A stretch of 42,692 nt of DNA. Source: Candidatus Gastranaerophilales bacterium (GTDB taxonomy: Bacteria; Cyanobacteriota; Vampirovibrionia; Gastranaerophilales; Gastranaerophilaceae). Made by a program: the position numbers and the translations under genes. This document shows, piece by piece, positions 17,683 to 25,630 of this stretch. How positions within the stretch are numbered: position 1 is the first letter of the stretch; every line of letters begins with the position of its first letter. A model generated the notes under the pieces. That model saw only the letters and a program-made list of their open reading frames with translations, did not search any database and was not told the DNA's origin. Location of the stretch: contig CALUQF010000001.1 in the NCBI GenBank assembly GCA_944322835.1, positions 1-42,692 of the forward strand, given 5' to 3'.

Positions 17683-18333
17683 ATGGAACTATTATTACAT
17701 TCAATTCAATTAGATTGGCCGGTATTATTACCGATTCTGATTTGTTCAATCTTAACAGTTATGGTTGCAATTGATAGAGCGGCTTTTTATCATGCAAACA
17801 AAAGAAATGTTATTGAGTTTATTCCGAGACTTCAGAAGGAATTGGCAAAGAATAACCTTATGGGGGCTCAAAATCTTGCTGTTCAATGCGGCGGGATTAT
17901 TGGTGAAGTTACAGAAGAAGGGGTTAGAATTCTATCTGAGCAGAAAAAAGGGTTTTCACGTTCTTTTGATATCGCATCAGCTCTTGCTACAAGAAAATTG
18001 GAACACAGATTGACTATTCTTGGTACAATCGGCGGTGTTGCTCCGTTCTTAGGTTTGTTTGGAACGGTTGTTAGAATTCTTTACACATTCCAGGATTTGG
18101 CCTCTCAAGGTAACCAATCAGCAGCTGTTGCAATGGGTATTGGTTCAGCTTTGATTGCTACCGCTTTCGGTTTAGGAGTTGCTATTGTTGCGGTTGTCTG
18201 CTACAACACATTCCAATCAACTGTAAGAAGATTTGAGGATGATTTCCAATTGATAAAGCTATTATTCTTAAGCTTTGTAGATTCAGAAGAAGAAGTTAAC
18301 GTTCAGTCAAAATCAAGTGTTGCATTAGGTTAA
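17683..18333 (+). CDS. exbB: MotA/TolQ/ExbB proton channel protein
   Basis: LGTIGGVAPFLGLFGTV and ALIATAFGLGVAI motifs. Confidence 0.92.
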   Translation: MELLLHSIQLDWPVLLPILICSILTVMVAIDRAAFYHANKRNVIEFIPRLQKELAKNNLMGAQNLAVQCGGIIGEVTEEGVRILSEQKKGFSRSFDIASALATRKLEHRLTILGTIGGVAPFLGLFGTVVRILYTFQDLASQGNQSAAVAMGIGSALIATAFGLGVAIVAVVCYNTFQSTVRRFEDDFQLIKLLFLSFVDSEEEVNVQSKSSVALG

Positions 18334-18368
18334 GGTATAAACGAGTAAAATTGGGGCCGGGATAAACA

Positions 18369-18400
18369 CCTCACCCCATCCCTCTCCTTAAGGAGAGGGG
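18369..18400 (+). repeat. REP-like element (CCTCACCCC-AT-CCCTCTCCTTAAGGAGAGGG)
   Basis: Perfect 20-bp palindrome at 18380-18399; same family as the elements at 4573-4820. Confidence 0.75.
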
Positions 18401-18413
18401 GAAGGTTCAAGTT

Positions 18414-18944
18414 ATGGGTATTAAATCAGGTAAAAAAGCTTTATTTACGGAAATAAATATTACGCCGCTAACGGATATATTTCTTGTATTATTAATTATC
18501 ATGATGGTTGTTGCACCGACTTTTCAGACTGTTGATAATACAATAACAATACCGGAGGTTAACAGCGGAACCTCTATTGAACAGGGGAAAGTCACTGTTT
18601 CCGTAACTAAGGACGGTACGATTTATGTTGATAGCAAACGCTCTTCTATTGCTAATCTCGCGTCTGAACTCGAAAAACTCAGAGGGGATAATGAAAAGGC
18701 TGAAGTTGTAGTAAAAGCCGATGAGAAAGTAAAGAGTTCGGTTATTATGGACATAATGGATGCCGCGCAAGACGCTAATTACAAAAAGCTTATTGTGGCG
18801 GGTGAGCCTCTTAATAAAAAAGATCAAAGAAAATTAGAGCAAATGCAGGAAGAAGTAACAACGAATTATACTTCTAACAATACTTTGCAAGGAGCTTCAA
18901 CGGCCCTTCCCCAGGAAAATCAATATGAAAATTGGAGTGAATAA
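18414..18944 (+). CDS. exbD: ExbD/TolR family protein
   Basis: EINITPLTDIFLVLLII with the conserved TM Asp; KADE motif; acidic C-terminal extension. Confidence 0.92.
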   Translation: MGIKSGKKALFTEINITPLTDIFLVLLIIMMVVAPTFQTVDNTITIPEVNSGTSIEQGKVTVSVTKDGTIYVDSKRSSIANLASELEKLRGDNEKAEVVVKADEKVKSSVIMDIMDAAQDANYKKLIVAGEPLNKKDQRKLEQMQEEVTTNYTSNNTLQGASTALPQENQYENWSE

Positions 18945-18946
18945 TA

Positions 18947-19324
18947 ATGCGTGATAGTTTCAATGAAATAAATATTACACCGCTTACGGATATATTTTTG
19001 GTATTATTAATCATTATGATGGTTATAGCGCCTCTATTAGACCAGCAGGGCTTGAATTTGGCCGTGCCGAAGGTCGTTAATGAAGAACAAATCGTTAAAG
19101 ATTCTAAGATAATGAATTTTCAGGTTACGGCTGATAACCGGTATTTCTTTAATGATACCGAGATTGCGGCAGGCGATTTACAAAATACTGTTGCGCAGAA
19201 TGCCAAGGATTTCCCTGACGGCCTTCTCATTCAGGCAGATGAAAATGCGGAACACGGTGCAGTTGTGAAATTAATGGACAGCGCAAGAAATGCAGGTGTT
19301 ACGAGTATTTCAATCTCAAGATAG
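18947..19324 (+). CDS. exbD: ExbD/TolR family protein (second copy)
   Basis: EINITPLTDIFLVLLII; QADENAEHG.VV..MD....AG. Confidence 0.92.
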   Translation: MRDSFNEINITPLTDIFLVLLIIMMVIAPLLDQQGLNLAVPKVVNEEQIVKDSKIMNFQVTADNRYFFNDTEIAAGDLQNTVAQNAKDFPDGLLIQADENAEHGAVVKLMDSARNAGVTSISISR

Positions 19325-19349
19325 TTAAAAATAGAAATGGAAAAGAGCT

Positions 19350-20189
19350 ATGTTTGAAACTTTTAGCTGGATGTTTAAGAATGAAAAATTTAATGAACAT
19401 ATTAGATATTTAATACTTACACTATTCAAGTTTTTTATTCCTGCAATCATTTTATCGCTGGTTTTATACTTTTTTTATCAAATAATCTCGCCAATAGCTT
19501 TATTAGTTCTATTTGTCATAACCGCACTGCTATATGCGGCACCTTTTTTATGTCTGCAGGGGTATTTTTGGGAACTTGCCGGAAATATTATCTCCAGAGA
19601 ATGGGATATAAAGGCTGCTAATATTTATAATGGCAAAATTAAAAATGTTTATAAAATAACATTGCCGGAAATACATACTCTAAAATTTATATGGCGGGGA
19701 ATTGCCTCTATTGTTGCAAACATGCTTATGGGTTTGCCATTAATCGTACTAATATTTTTTAGTACTTTGTTAGGGTTATTGGGCGGTCATGTTCTGGGGA
19801 CTGATATGTTTACAAATCCTTCTTATTATTTAGCATCGCTTATAGCTCTAATTCTATACTGGTTTCTTGTGCCTGCATTCTTATGGAATTATGCTAACAG
19901 GGACTCTGTTGTTGCAGTATGGAATTTAAGAAAAGCTGTATATATTGCAGGAAATTATACTGGAAAATATATATTAAATAGTACTATTTTTTGCATATAC
20001 TACATTGCAGTAACTTTTATTGTTTATTGTACCAAAATGTTTTTATTTATAGGGAAATTTGATATTACAAATCTAATATATCTAATTAATCTTATTTTAA
20101 TTAGCATCTTTTCGTATTTTATCTATATGTATTCTATTTATGTTTATGCATACCTGCTAGGAACAATAGCACCGCCGCATGAAGGATAA
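19350..20189 (+). CDS. DUF4013-like membrane protein
   Basis: Multi-TM protein with the QGY...LPE...WRG pattern. Confidence 0.6.
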   Translation: MFETFSWMFKNEKFNEHIRYLILTLFKFFIPAIILSLVLYFFYQIISPIALLVLFVITALLYAAPFLCLQGYFWELAGNIISREWDIKAANIYNGKIKNVYKITLPEIHTLKFIWRGIASIVANMLMGLPLIVLIFFSTLLGLLGGHVLGTDMFTNPSYYLASLIALILYWFLVPAFLWNYANRDSVVAVWNLRKAVYIAGNYTGKYILNSTIFCIYYIAVTFIVYCTKMFLFIGKFDITNLIYLINLILISIFSYFIYMYSIYVYAYLLGTIAPPHEG

Positions 20190-20203
20190 AACATCTTATA
20201 AAT

Positions 20204-20229
20204 AAAAAGCCTGATTTAAACAATCAGGC
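20204..20229 (-). terminator. Intrinsic terminator (minus-strand T tract; possibly bidirectional)
   Basis: AAAAA-GCCTGATT-TAAAC-AATCAGGC. Confidence 0.6.
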
Positions 20230-20302
20230 GCTGATAGATAAGTAAGTTGGGGAATTAAGTAAGTAAGTAAGATTAAGTTTGGTATTATAAGAAAAATCTT
20301 TT

Positions 20303-20476
20303 TTATGACTTGACACGTGAAATAAATGTAACTCTGGATTTCATATCCATTGCGAATAATCGCATTTCATCCATCAAGATATATGATTTATCCTCTGCAG
20401 GATTTTCATTAATATAAAATTCGCGTGAAATATTTGTTGCCATAGCATTTATGTTATAGCTCTCAAGTAGTGCCAT
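20303..20476 (-). CDS. Small hypothetical protein (57 aa), absent from the ORF track
   Basis: GAGGT 7 nt before ATG; MALLESYNINAMATNISREFYINENPAEDKSYILMDEMRLFAMDMKSRVTFISRVKS; downstream terminator in the same orientation. Confidence 0.6.
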   Translation of the reverse strand: MALLESYNINAMATNISREFYINENPAEDKSYILMDEMRLFAMDMKSRVTFISRVKS

Positions 20477-20778
20477 ATTCATTACCTCATCTTTGACTAA
20501 ACCATAATTTATATAATAAATTTATGGTTAAGTTTTTATTAACTCTCTTGTATTTGTCTTACATATATATAAAGTATATAAAAATTTTCAAATTTCACTC
20601 CTTCTTATCTTTGTTACAAAACTTAACATTGTATATTGAAAGGTTAAATTTAACAATGAAGATATACTTGAGTTACGGGTTGTTTTTGTAAAGATTTGTA
20701 AATATTTTTCTAAAAAACCTAAAGTTTTTAGAAAAAATGCCGATATATATTATATATCATATAAGAGGTGTGTATCAC

Positions 20779-21249
20779 ATGTCAAACTTCACAGTAAACG
20801 GAGTATATTCTTACACAAGCGCAAACATCTACTCTTACCTTGGCAGAGTACCTGTCAGCTCAAGAGCGCTTGAGCGTGCGTTCGATGATTTTGATATTAC
20901 TCCAACAGGTACAACCGATGATTTGAAAAAACTGAATGCAGCTATGTACGAAGAGTACTCAAAGCAGGTGCAGCAGCAAATTGACAATCAAAATAACCAG
21001 CAGGTTATCCCCTGGGCAAGTTTATGTGCTCAAATTGGTATTCAGGCAACTGGTGACTATGATAAGGACTATGCTGCATTTAACAATGCAATTCAGTTAT
21101 TGAGCCAGAGTGCTGTTGACGGTCAGGCAATGACTTATTTTGCAGGGCTTAGGTCTGAAGCTTCGCAGGCATTTGGTTTGTCAAACAAGCCGGAAGCGGC
21201 GGAAGCACCTATATCCTATCGTGCCTATCAGGCACAATTCATGCGCTGA
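20779..21249 (+). CDS. Hypothetical protein
   Basis: GAGGTG RBS before ATG 20779; followed by a terminator. Confidence 0.75.
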   Translation: MSNFTVNGVYSYTSANIYSYLGRVPVSSRALERAFDDFDITPTGTTDDLKKLNAAMYEEYSKQVQQQIDNQNNQQVIPWASLCAQIGIQATGDYDKDYAAFNNAIQLLSQSAVDGQAMTYFAGLRSEASQAFGLSNKPEAAEAPISYRAYQAQFMR

Positions 21250-21271
21250 TAATCAATGGTACGCAGTTTTT

Positions 21272-21300
21272 GGCCCGATTCTTTCAGATTCGGGCCTTTT
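21272..21300 (+). terminator. Intrinsic terminator
   Basis: GGCCCGATTCT-TTC-AGATTCGGGCC followed by TTTT. Confidence 0.7.
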
Positions 21301-21381
21301 CGTGTCTAATCCTTTAAGACCGGTTAAGTGGGGAATATAATTTTTCTAAGAATAAATTTTAATATTATTGGAGGATTTATT

Positions 21382-22059
21382 ATGCATCGTATTCTAAGTT
21401 TATGTGCATTATGTCTAATGCTTTTTAACTGTTTCTCATTATTTTGTTTACCGGTAGAGGCGGCAAGAACCGTTGTTACAAGGACACCATATTACCAGCC
21501 AAATTATAATAGGTTTAATCATAGATACAGGCATCAATACAGGCCAAACAGATATTATAACAATAACAGGTATAATAATCGCAGATATTATAACGCATAT
21601 CCGAGGAGAAGATTTTTTAATAATAACAATTATATTTCGTCAACATCTTTTTCTGATTTAGGAGCGTTAGAAAAATATACACTTGATAAAACATTTTCAA
21701 GAGATAGTGACTTACAGAGATTGGAACGACTCGAAATGGAAGCTTTTGGCGCTATCCAGCAAAGGGATGTAAATTCAAGATATGATAATGTAAGAGCCGC
21801 AATCCTTTCGCGTCCGAAACAAAATTATAAAACATCATTCTGGAGAAATATCGGTAATTTCTTTGGCGGGCAAATGACAGGATTTACTCCTTCTTTTGAT
21901 AATGATCCGTTCTTTTCCGGCTCAAGCTTTGCAAGCACGCCTTATCCTACAACTTATGGTAACAGTAATATAACACAATTTGCAGGTCCCTGGGGAAGCG
22001 GGTATAGGATTAATAACTATGGTACAGGCTCCGGGTGCGGGGTTAAGATTCTTGATTAG
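21382..22059 (+). CDS. Exported hypothetical protein with Arg/Tyr/Asn-rich low-complexity region
   Basis: GGAGG RBS, signal peptide ending VEA, RLERLE...FG motif. Confidence 0.75.
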   Translation: MHRILSLCALCLMLFNCFSLFCLPVEAARTVVTRTPYYQPNYNRFNHRYRHQYRPNRYYNNNRYNNRRYYNAYPRRRFFNNNNYISSTSFSDLGALEKYTLDKTFSRDSDLQRLERLEMEAFGAIQQRDVNSRYDNVRAAILSRPKQNYKTSFWRNIGNFFGGQMTGFTPSFDNDPFFSGSSFASTPYPTTYGNSNITQFAGPWGSGYRINNYGTGSGCGVKILD

Positions 22060-22061
22060 AA

Positions 22062-22208
22062 TTAAAGACCGCGTTCCGGATGTGCAGAATTTGACGAAAC
22101 TATTTCATAGTATTCATTCTTGTCGATATTTACACCCATATTTTTTATATCAACTGTAAATTTCTTTTTTTTCTTTGGTTTATAAGAAATTTTATCTGAT
22201 GATTTCAT
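22062..22208 (-). CDS. Small basic hypothetical protein (48 aa), absent from the ORF track
   Basis: GGAG RBS inside the panD 3' end; [48 protein letters not shown]; fills the gap up to the convergent gene. Confidence 0.5.
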   Translation of the reverse strand: MKSSDKISYKPKKKKKFTVDIKNMGVNIDKNEYYEIVSSNSAHPERGL

Positions 22209-22542
22209 TGTTTTCTCCAACCTGAACGATAGTAGGTTTGTGGGTTTTTATTTCATCCGGATTCAGCTGAGCATAGGTTACAATAATAATTTTGTCACCG
22301 GGCTGTGCTTTTCTTGCGGCAGCACCGTTCAGGCAGAAACATTTAGAACCCCGTTTGCCTTTTATAGCGTAGGTCTGAAAGCGTTCTCCGTTATTTATAT
22401 TTAAAATTTCGACTTTTTCCCATTCTAAGATGCCGGCAAGCTCTAAAAACTCTTCATCTATAGTTATTGAACCTACATAATTTAGGTTAGCGTCTGTTAC
22501 TGTGGCTCTGTGTATTTTTGAGTTTAAAAATTCTCTTAGCAT
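22192..22542 (-). CDS. panD: Aspartate 1-decarboxylase
   Basis: [16 protein letters not shown]|SITID (Gly24-Ser25 self-cleavage site), [17 protein letters not shown]. Confidence 0.97.
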   Translation of the reverse strand: MLREFLNSKIHRATVTDANLNYVGSITIDEEFLELAGILEWEKVEILNINNGERFQTYAIKGKRGSKCFCLNGAAARKAQPGDKIIIVTYAQLNPDEIKTHKPTIVQVGENNEIIR

Positions 22543-22638
22543 ATTTATACCTCGACTTTATATTATCACAAAAAAAGAGTTAGGTGGCTAATGAGTTTTA
22601 TTTCTTGCGATATAAAATAAAAATAAAAGGAGGTTTAT

Positions 22639-22869
22639 ATGCTTGACTTATATATATTAGAAACTTGCCCGTATTGCAGAAAGGTCATGAGTTTTCTTGA
22701 CGAAAACGGGCTTAAGTATAATAAGATTGATATTTCGGATAAAGTGGCAGAGGATGCACTTATTCAAATGGGCGGAAAAAGACAGGTGCCGTTTCTTGTA
22801 GACAGAGACAGAAATATACAGATGTATGAGTCAAATGATATTATTGAGTATATAAAAACAATTATGTAA
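22639..22869 (+). CDS. Glutaredoxin
   Basis: CPYC active site, QVP, MYESNDII. Confidence 0.9.
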   Translation: MLDLYILETCPYCRKVMSFLDENGLKYNKIDISDKVAEDALIQMGGKRQVPFLVDRDRNIQMYESNDIIEYIKTIM

Positions 22870-22874
22870 TCTGT

Positions 22875-23660
22875 CTAGAGGCAGTATTTCTTAATAGCTT
22901 TCACAAACCCGTCATTAAAAACCGTGTCAGTTATATCATCTGCTATTGATTTTAATTCTTCTGTAGCATTACCCATAGCAATTTTTAATCCGCCGGCTTT
23001 TAAGAGTGCAATATCGTTATTTTGATCTCCTATTGTAAGAGTCTCTTCTTTATTTATTCCCCATAATTTTTGTAAAAATTCTACCGCACAGAATTTAGAG
23101 GCCTCTTTGTTTGAAAACTCTAAAAAATAAGGTGTGGATTTTACTATATATAAATCAGGAAATATTTTCGGCAATTCCTGTTCATATTTATCAATTCGTG
23201 CAGGATTATTATAATCTATTGCAAGCAGTTTATTAACTTTTGTTTTGTTAACATCACAAAACTTTTTTCTTGTATATTGTGTATGCAGATTATTGCAGTA
23301 TCTTTGAACCTCATAGCAATCATTTTCGGAATACAAGATATCATCATTGTACAAATTCAAATGGATTTGCTCCTCCTGAGCCCATTCAATAATCTTTGCC
23401 GATTGTTCTTCCGTAAGACATTTTTCATAAAGAGTTTTGTTTCCTTCTTTAATCAAGCCGCCTTGATATGAGACTACAGGTGTCGTTAGACCTAAGTCTT
23501 TTGCAATGAGGCTTGCAGCAGCATGCATTCTGCCTGTAACAAGTACAACCTTTATCCCCTTTTTACACAGCTCTTTTACACAATCTTTTACCCCCTGTGT
23601 AAAATTTCCTTCGGGAATTAATAAAGTTCCGTCTATATCAGTTGCAACAAGCTTTATCAT
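22875..23660 (-). CDS. Cof-type HAD-IIB family hydrolase
   Basis: DIDGTLL, TGR, SK, GDQNND, AMGNA motifs. Confidence 0.93.
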   Translation of the reverse strand: MIKLVATDIDGTLLIPEGNFTQGVKDCVKELCKKGIKVVLVTGRMHAAASLIAKDLGLTTPVVSYQGGLIKEGNKTLYEKCLTEEQSAKIIEWAQEEQIHLNLYNDDILYSENDCYEVQRYCNNLHTQYTRKKFCDVNKTKVNKLLAIDYNNPARIDKYEQELPKIFPDLYIVKSTPYFLEFSNKEASKFCAVEFLQKLWGINKEETLTIGDQNNDIALLKAGGLKIAMGNATEELKSIADDITDTVFNDGFVKAIKKYCL

Positions 23661-24919
23661 AAAAGTTCCTCATCTATTAATAATATATCATGACCTACAT
23701 CCTGCATTATCTCCAGATATGAATAAAAATGTCTGGACATTGCGCTCAAATATTGACTTAAGACTTCCTGATGCGCAGTTTCGTTTATTATCAAATCCGT
23801 ATATGAATTTTGGCCTTTAATATAGGCATCTGTTGAGAGCTTGACTATGCGTTTTGACTCATCCAGAATTTTTTGCGAATATTCCATATTTTTGGCAGAG
23901 TATTTGAAAGTATTATAATCCTTTTTAAGTTCATACTTTAGCTGGTTTTCGTACGCCTTTTTACCGGCTTTTGTTCTTTCAAGGAAAATTTCTGCTTTTT
24001 GGATTTCAGGCGTAAAATTATACAAAATCGGCACATCCATTCCAAAACCTACAAAAGCTCCGCCATAATTGTTTGAGGCGGATGGGTGTGCCTGCCATGC
24101 GTAACCGCCTGCAATATTTATATCCGGAACTCTGTTTCTTTTTGCCATTTCAACTTCATAAGCGGATTTTTCAATGTTTGTATCCGAAATTCTTATTACA
24201 TAACTATATTCAAGTGCAGTATTTTCAAGAATTTTATACTCGGGAAGTTTTATGTTCCAGTAAGACCAATTCCCGAAAAGAGAGGGGTCTTTTGTATCAT
24301 ACATATCTTTGTCAGAACCTGTATTCAAAATTTTATTAAGCTCAAACTGTTCTGCAAGCATCATGGCTTTTGCTCTGTTTAATTCAATTTTCTGTCTTGC
24401 ATACTGAATATCAGCCTTAAGATTATCTATTTCATAATGCGGGCCTTTAGGTTTATCGGTTGTGATTTGGACTAAATCCTTAAATAGTTTTAGCCTCTCT
24501 TCCTGAATTTTATAAACGGATTTTGCATATAAGACATCAAAATACGCTTGCATAATCTGGAGTTTATAATTATGCTCTGCCTGCTTTAATTCAGTTTCTT
24601 TAATAGAATACTCTTCTTCGGCAATCTTTTTCCTTATACCGCGCTTAAGCACCTCGACCGGTAAAGAGAGCCCTGCCTGAGATGCGTTTCCGAGGGCTAC
24701 ATTTCCAATCATAACATTAGATTGTATTTGGGGATTTTTTAACCGGTTTGCAATCTTGATATCTTTCTCATAAGCCTCAAGCTCCATTCGCTTAATATTA
24801 AGTTCGCAGTTTTGCTTAAGCCCGATATCTACAAGCTCATCCAAGTCTACTTTTATAACATCTGCATAAACGCAGGGGAAAAAAGTAAATAATACGGCTA
24901 TTATTAAAAATCTCTTCAT
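23657..24919 (-). CDS. TolC family outer-membrane efflux protein
   Basis: Signal peptide and two helical/beta repeats (NP.I, VP.I, AYFDVL, Y.KG). Confidence 0.85.
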   Translation of the reverse strand: MKRFLIIAVLFTFFPCVYADVIKVDLDELVDIGLKQNCELNIKRMELEAYEKDIKIANRLKNPQIQSNVMIGNVALGNASQAGLSLPVEVLKRGIRKKIAEEEYSIKETELKQAEHNYKLQIMQAYFDVLYAKSVYKIQEERLKLFKDLVQITTDKPKGPHYEIDNLKADIQYARQKIELNRAKAMMLAEQFELNKILNTGSDKDMYDTKDPSLFGNWSYWNIKLPEYKILENTALEYSYVIRISDTNIEKSAYEVEMAKRNRVPDINIAGGYAWQAHPSASNNYGGAFVGFGMDVPILYNFTPEIQKAEIFLERTKAGKKAYENQLKYELKKDYNTFKYSAKNMEYSQKILDESKRIVKLSTDAYIKGQNSYTDLIINETAHQEVLSQYLSAMSRHFYSYLEIMQDVGHDILLIDEELL

Positions 24920-24938
24920 ACAGTAGAAATTTTAACAT

Positions 24939-24960
24939 AAAAAAAACGCCTTTCGGCGTT
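24939..24960 (-). terminator. Intrinsic terminator
   Basis: Minus strand AACGCC-GAAA-GGCGTT followed by TTTTTT. Confidence 0.7.
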
Positions 24961-25014
24961 AAAAATTCGGTTAATTAATAAGGTATTTTTATAAGGTTAT
25001 TTATTTAGATTCTA

Positions 25015-25536
25015 TTATTTTTTCCAGAACATTATTTTATCTTTCATTTTTGACCAGAACCCTTCTGTTGTTGCAGGCTTTTTACCCTTTCTGAAGCAGA
25101 GTGCCAAAGTTCCGCCGACTATTCCCAAAGCTAAAATTCCTTTAATCGGAGCGGGTATTTTTTCAAAGAAACCAACAGTATGTCCGATTCCTTGCGATAC
25201 GTCATTCCCCAACTGTCCGAATCCGCCGCCGAAGCCGTTAATTCCTGCCTGAGAATATTCTCCGATTCCCTGCATGCCGAAACCATTCATTCCTGCATTA
25301 GACTGCGCTCCAATTCCTTGTATTCCAAAGCCGTTCATGCCGGTATTGCGTTGAAAAGTATCCGGCATCATTCCGTAATTCTGGTACAAAGCACCTTGTG
25401 CTGCCTGCTGCATATAAGGATTCAAGCCAAAGTTTGCATAAGAGCTTACATTCGGCATACCGTAAATATCATACGGTGTATAATCCAAAATGCCCTGGGC
25501 ATATAAATTATTCATTGTATAAGGACTTACTGCCAT
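25015..25536 (-). CDS. Hypothetical protein with Gly-rich 16-aa repeats and C-terminal TM anchor
   Basis: GMNGFGIQGIGAQSNA / GMNGFGMQGIGEYSQA / GINGFGGG; hydrophobic ILALGIVGGTLALCF followed by a basic tail. Confidence 0.75.
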   Translation of the reverse strand: MAVSPYTMNNLYAQGILDYTPYDIYGMPNVSSYANFGLNPYMQQAAQGALYQNYGMMPDTFQRNTGMNGFGIQGIGAQSNAGMNGFGMQGIGEYSQAGINGFGGGFGQLGNDVSQGIGHTVGFFEKIPAPIKGILALGIVGGTLALCFRKGKKPATTEGFWSKMKDKIMFWKK

Positions 25537-25630
25537 CTTATAAAATACCTTTCATTCACTTCACATTTATATAAAGTAATTTTTTGTAAAAAAATTGCTT
25601 TATTTGTAAAGCTTTGTTAAGATAAATTTT

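Noticed and set aside
18450-19024. Near-identical 60-bp stretches in the two exbD genes as a possible DGR TR/VR pair or recombination repeat
   Set aside because: The differences are synonymous and both encode EINITPLTDIFLVLLIIMMV. This is ordinary paralog conservation, and no reverse transcriptase lies in the window.
20238-20280. TAAG tetranucleotide run as a phase-variable microsatellite
   Set aside because: Only about four perfect units, lying between convergent gene ends where slippage would have little effect.
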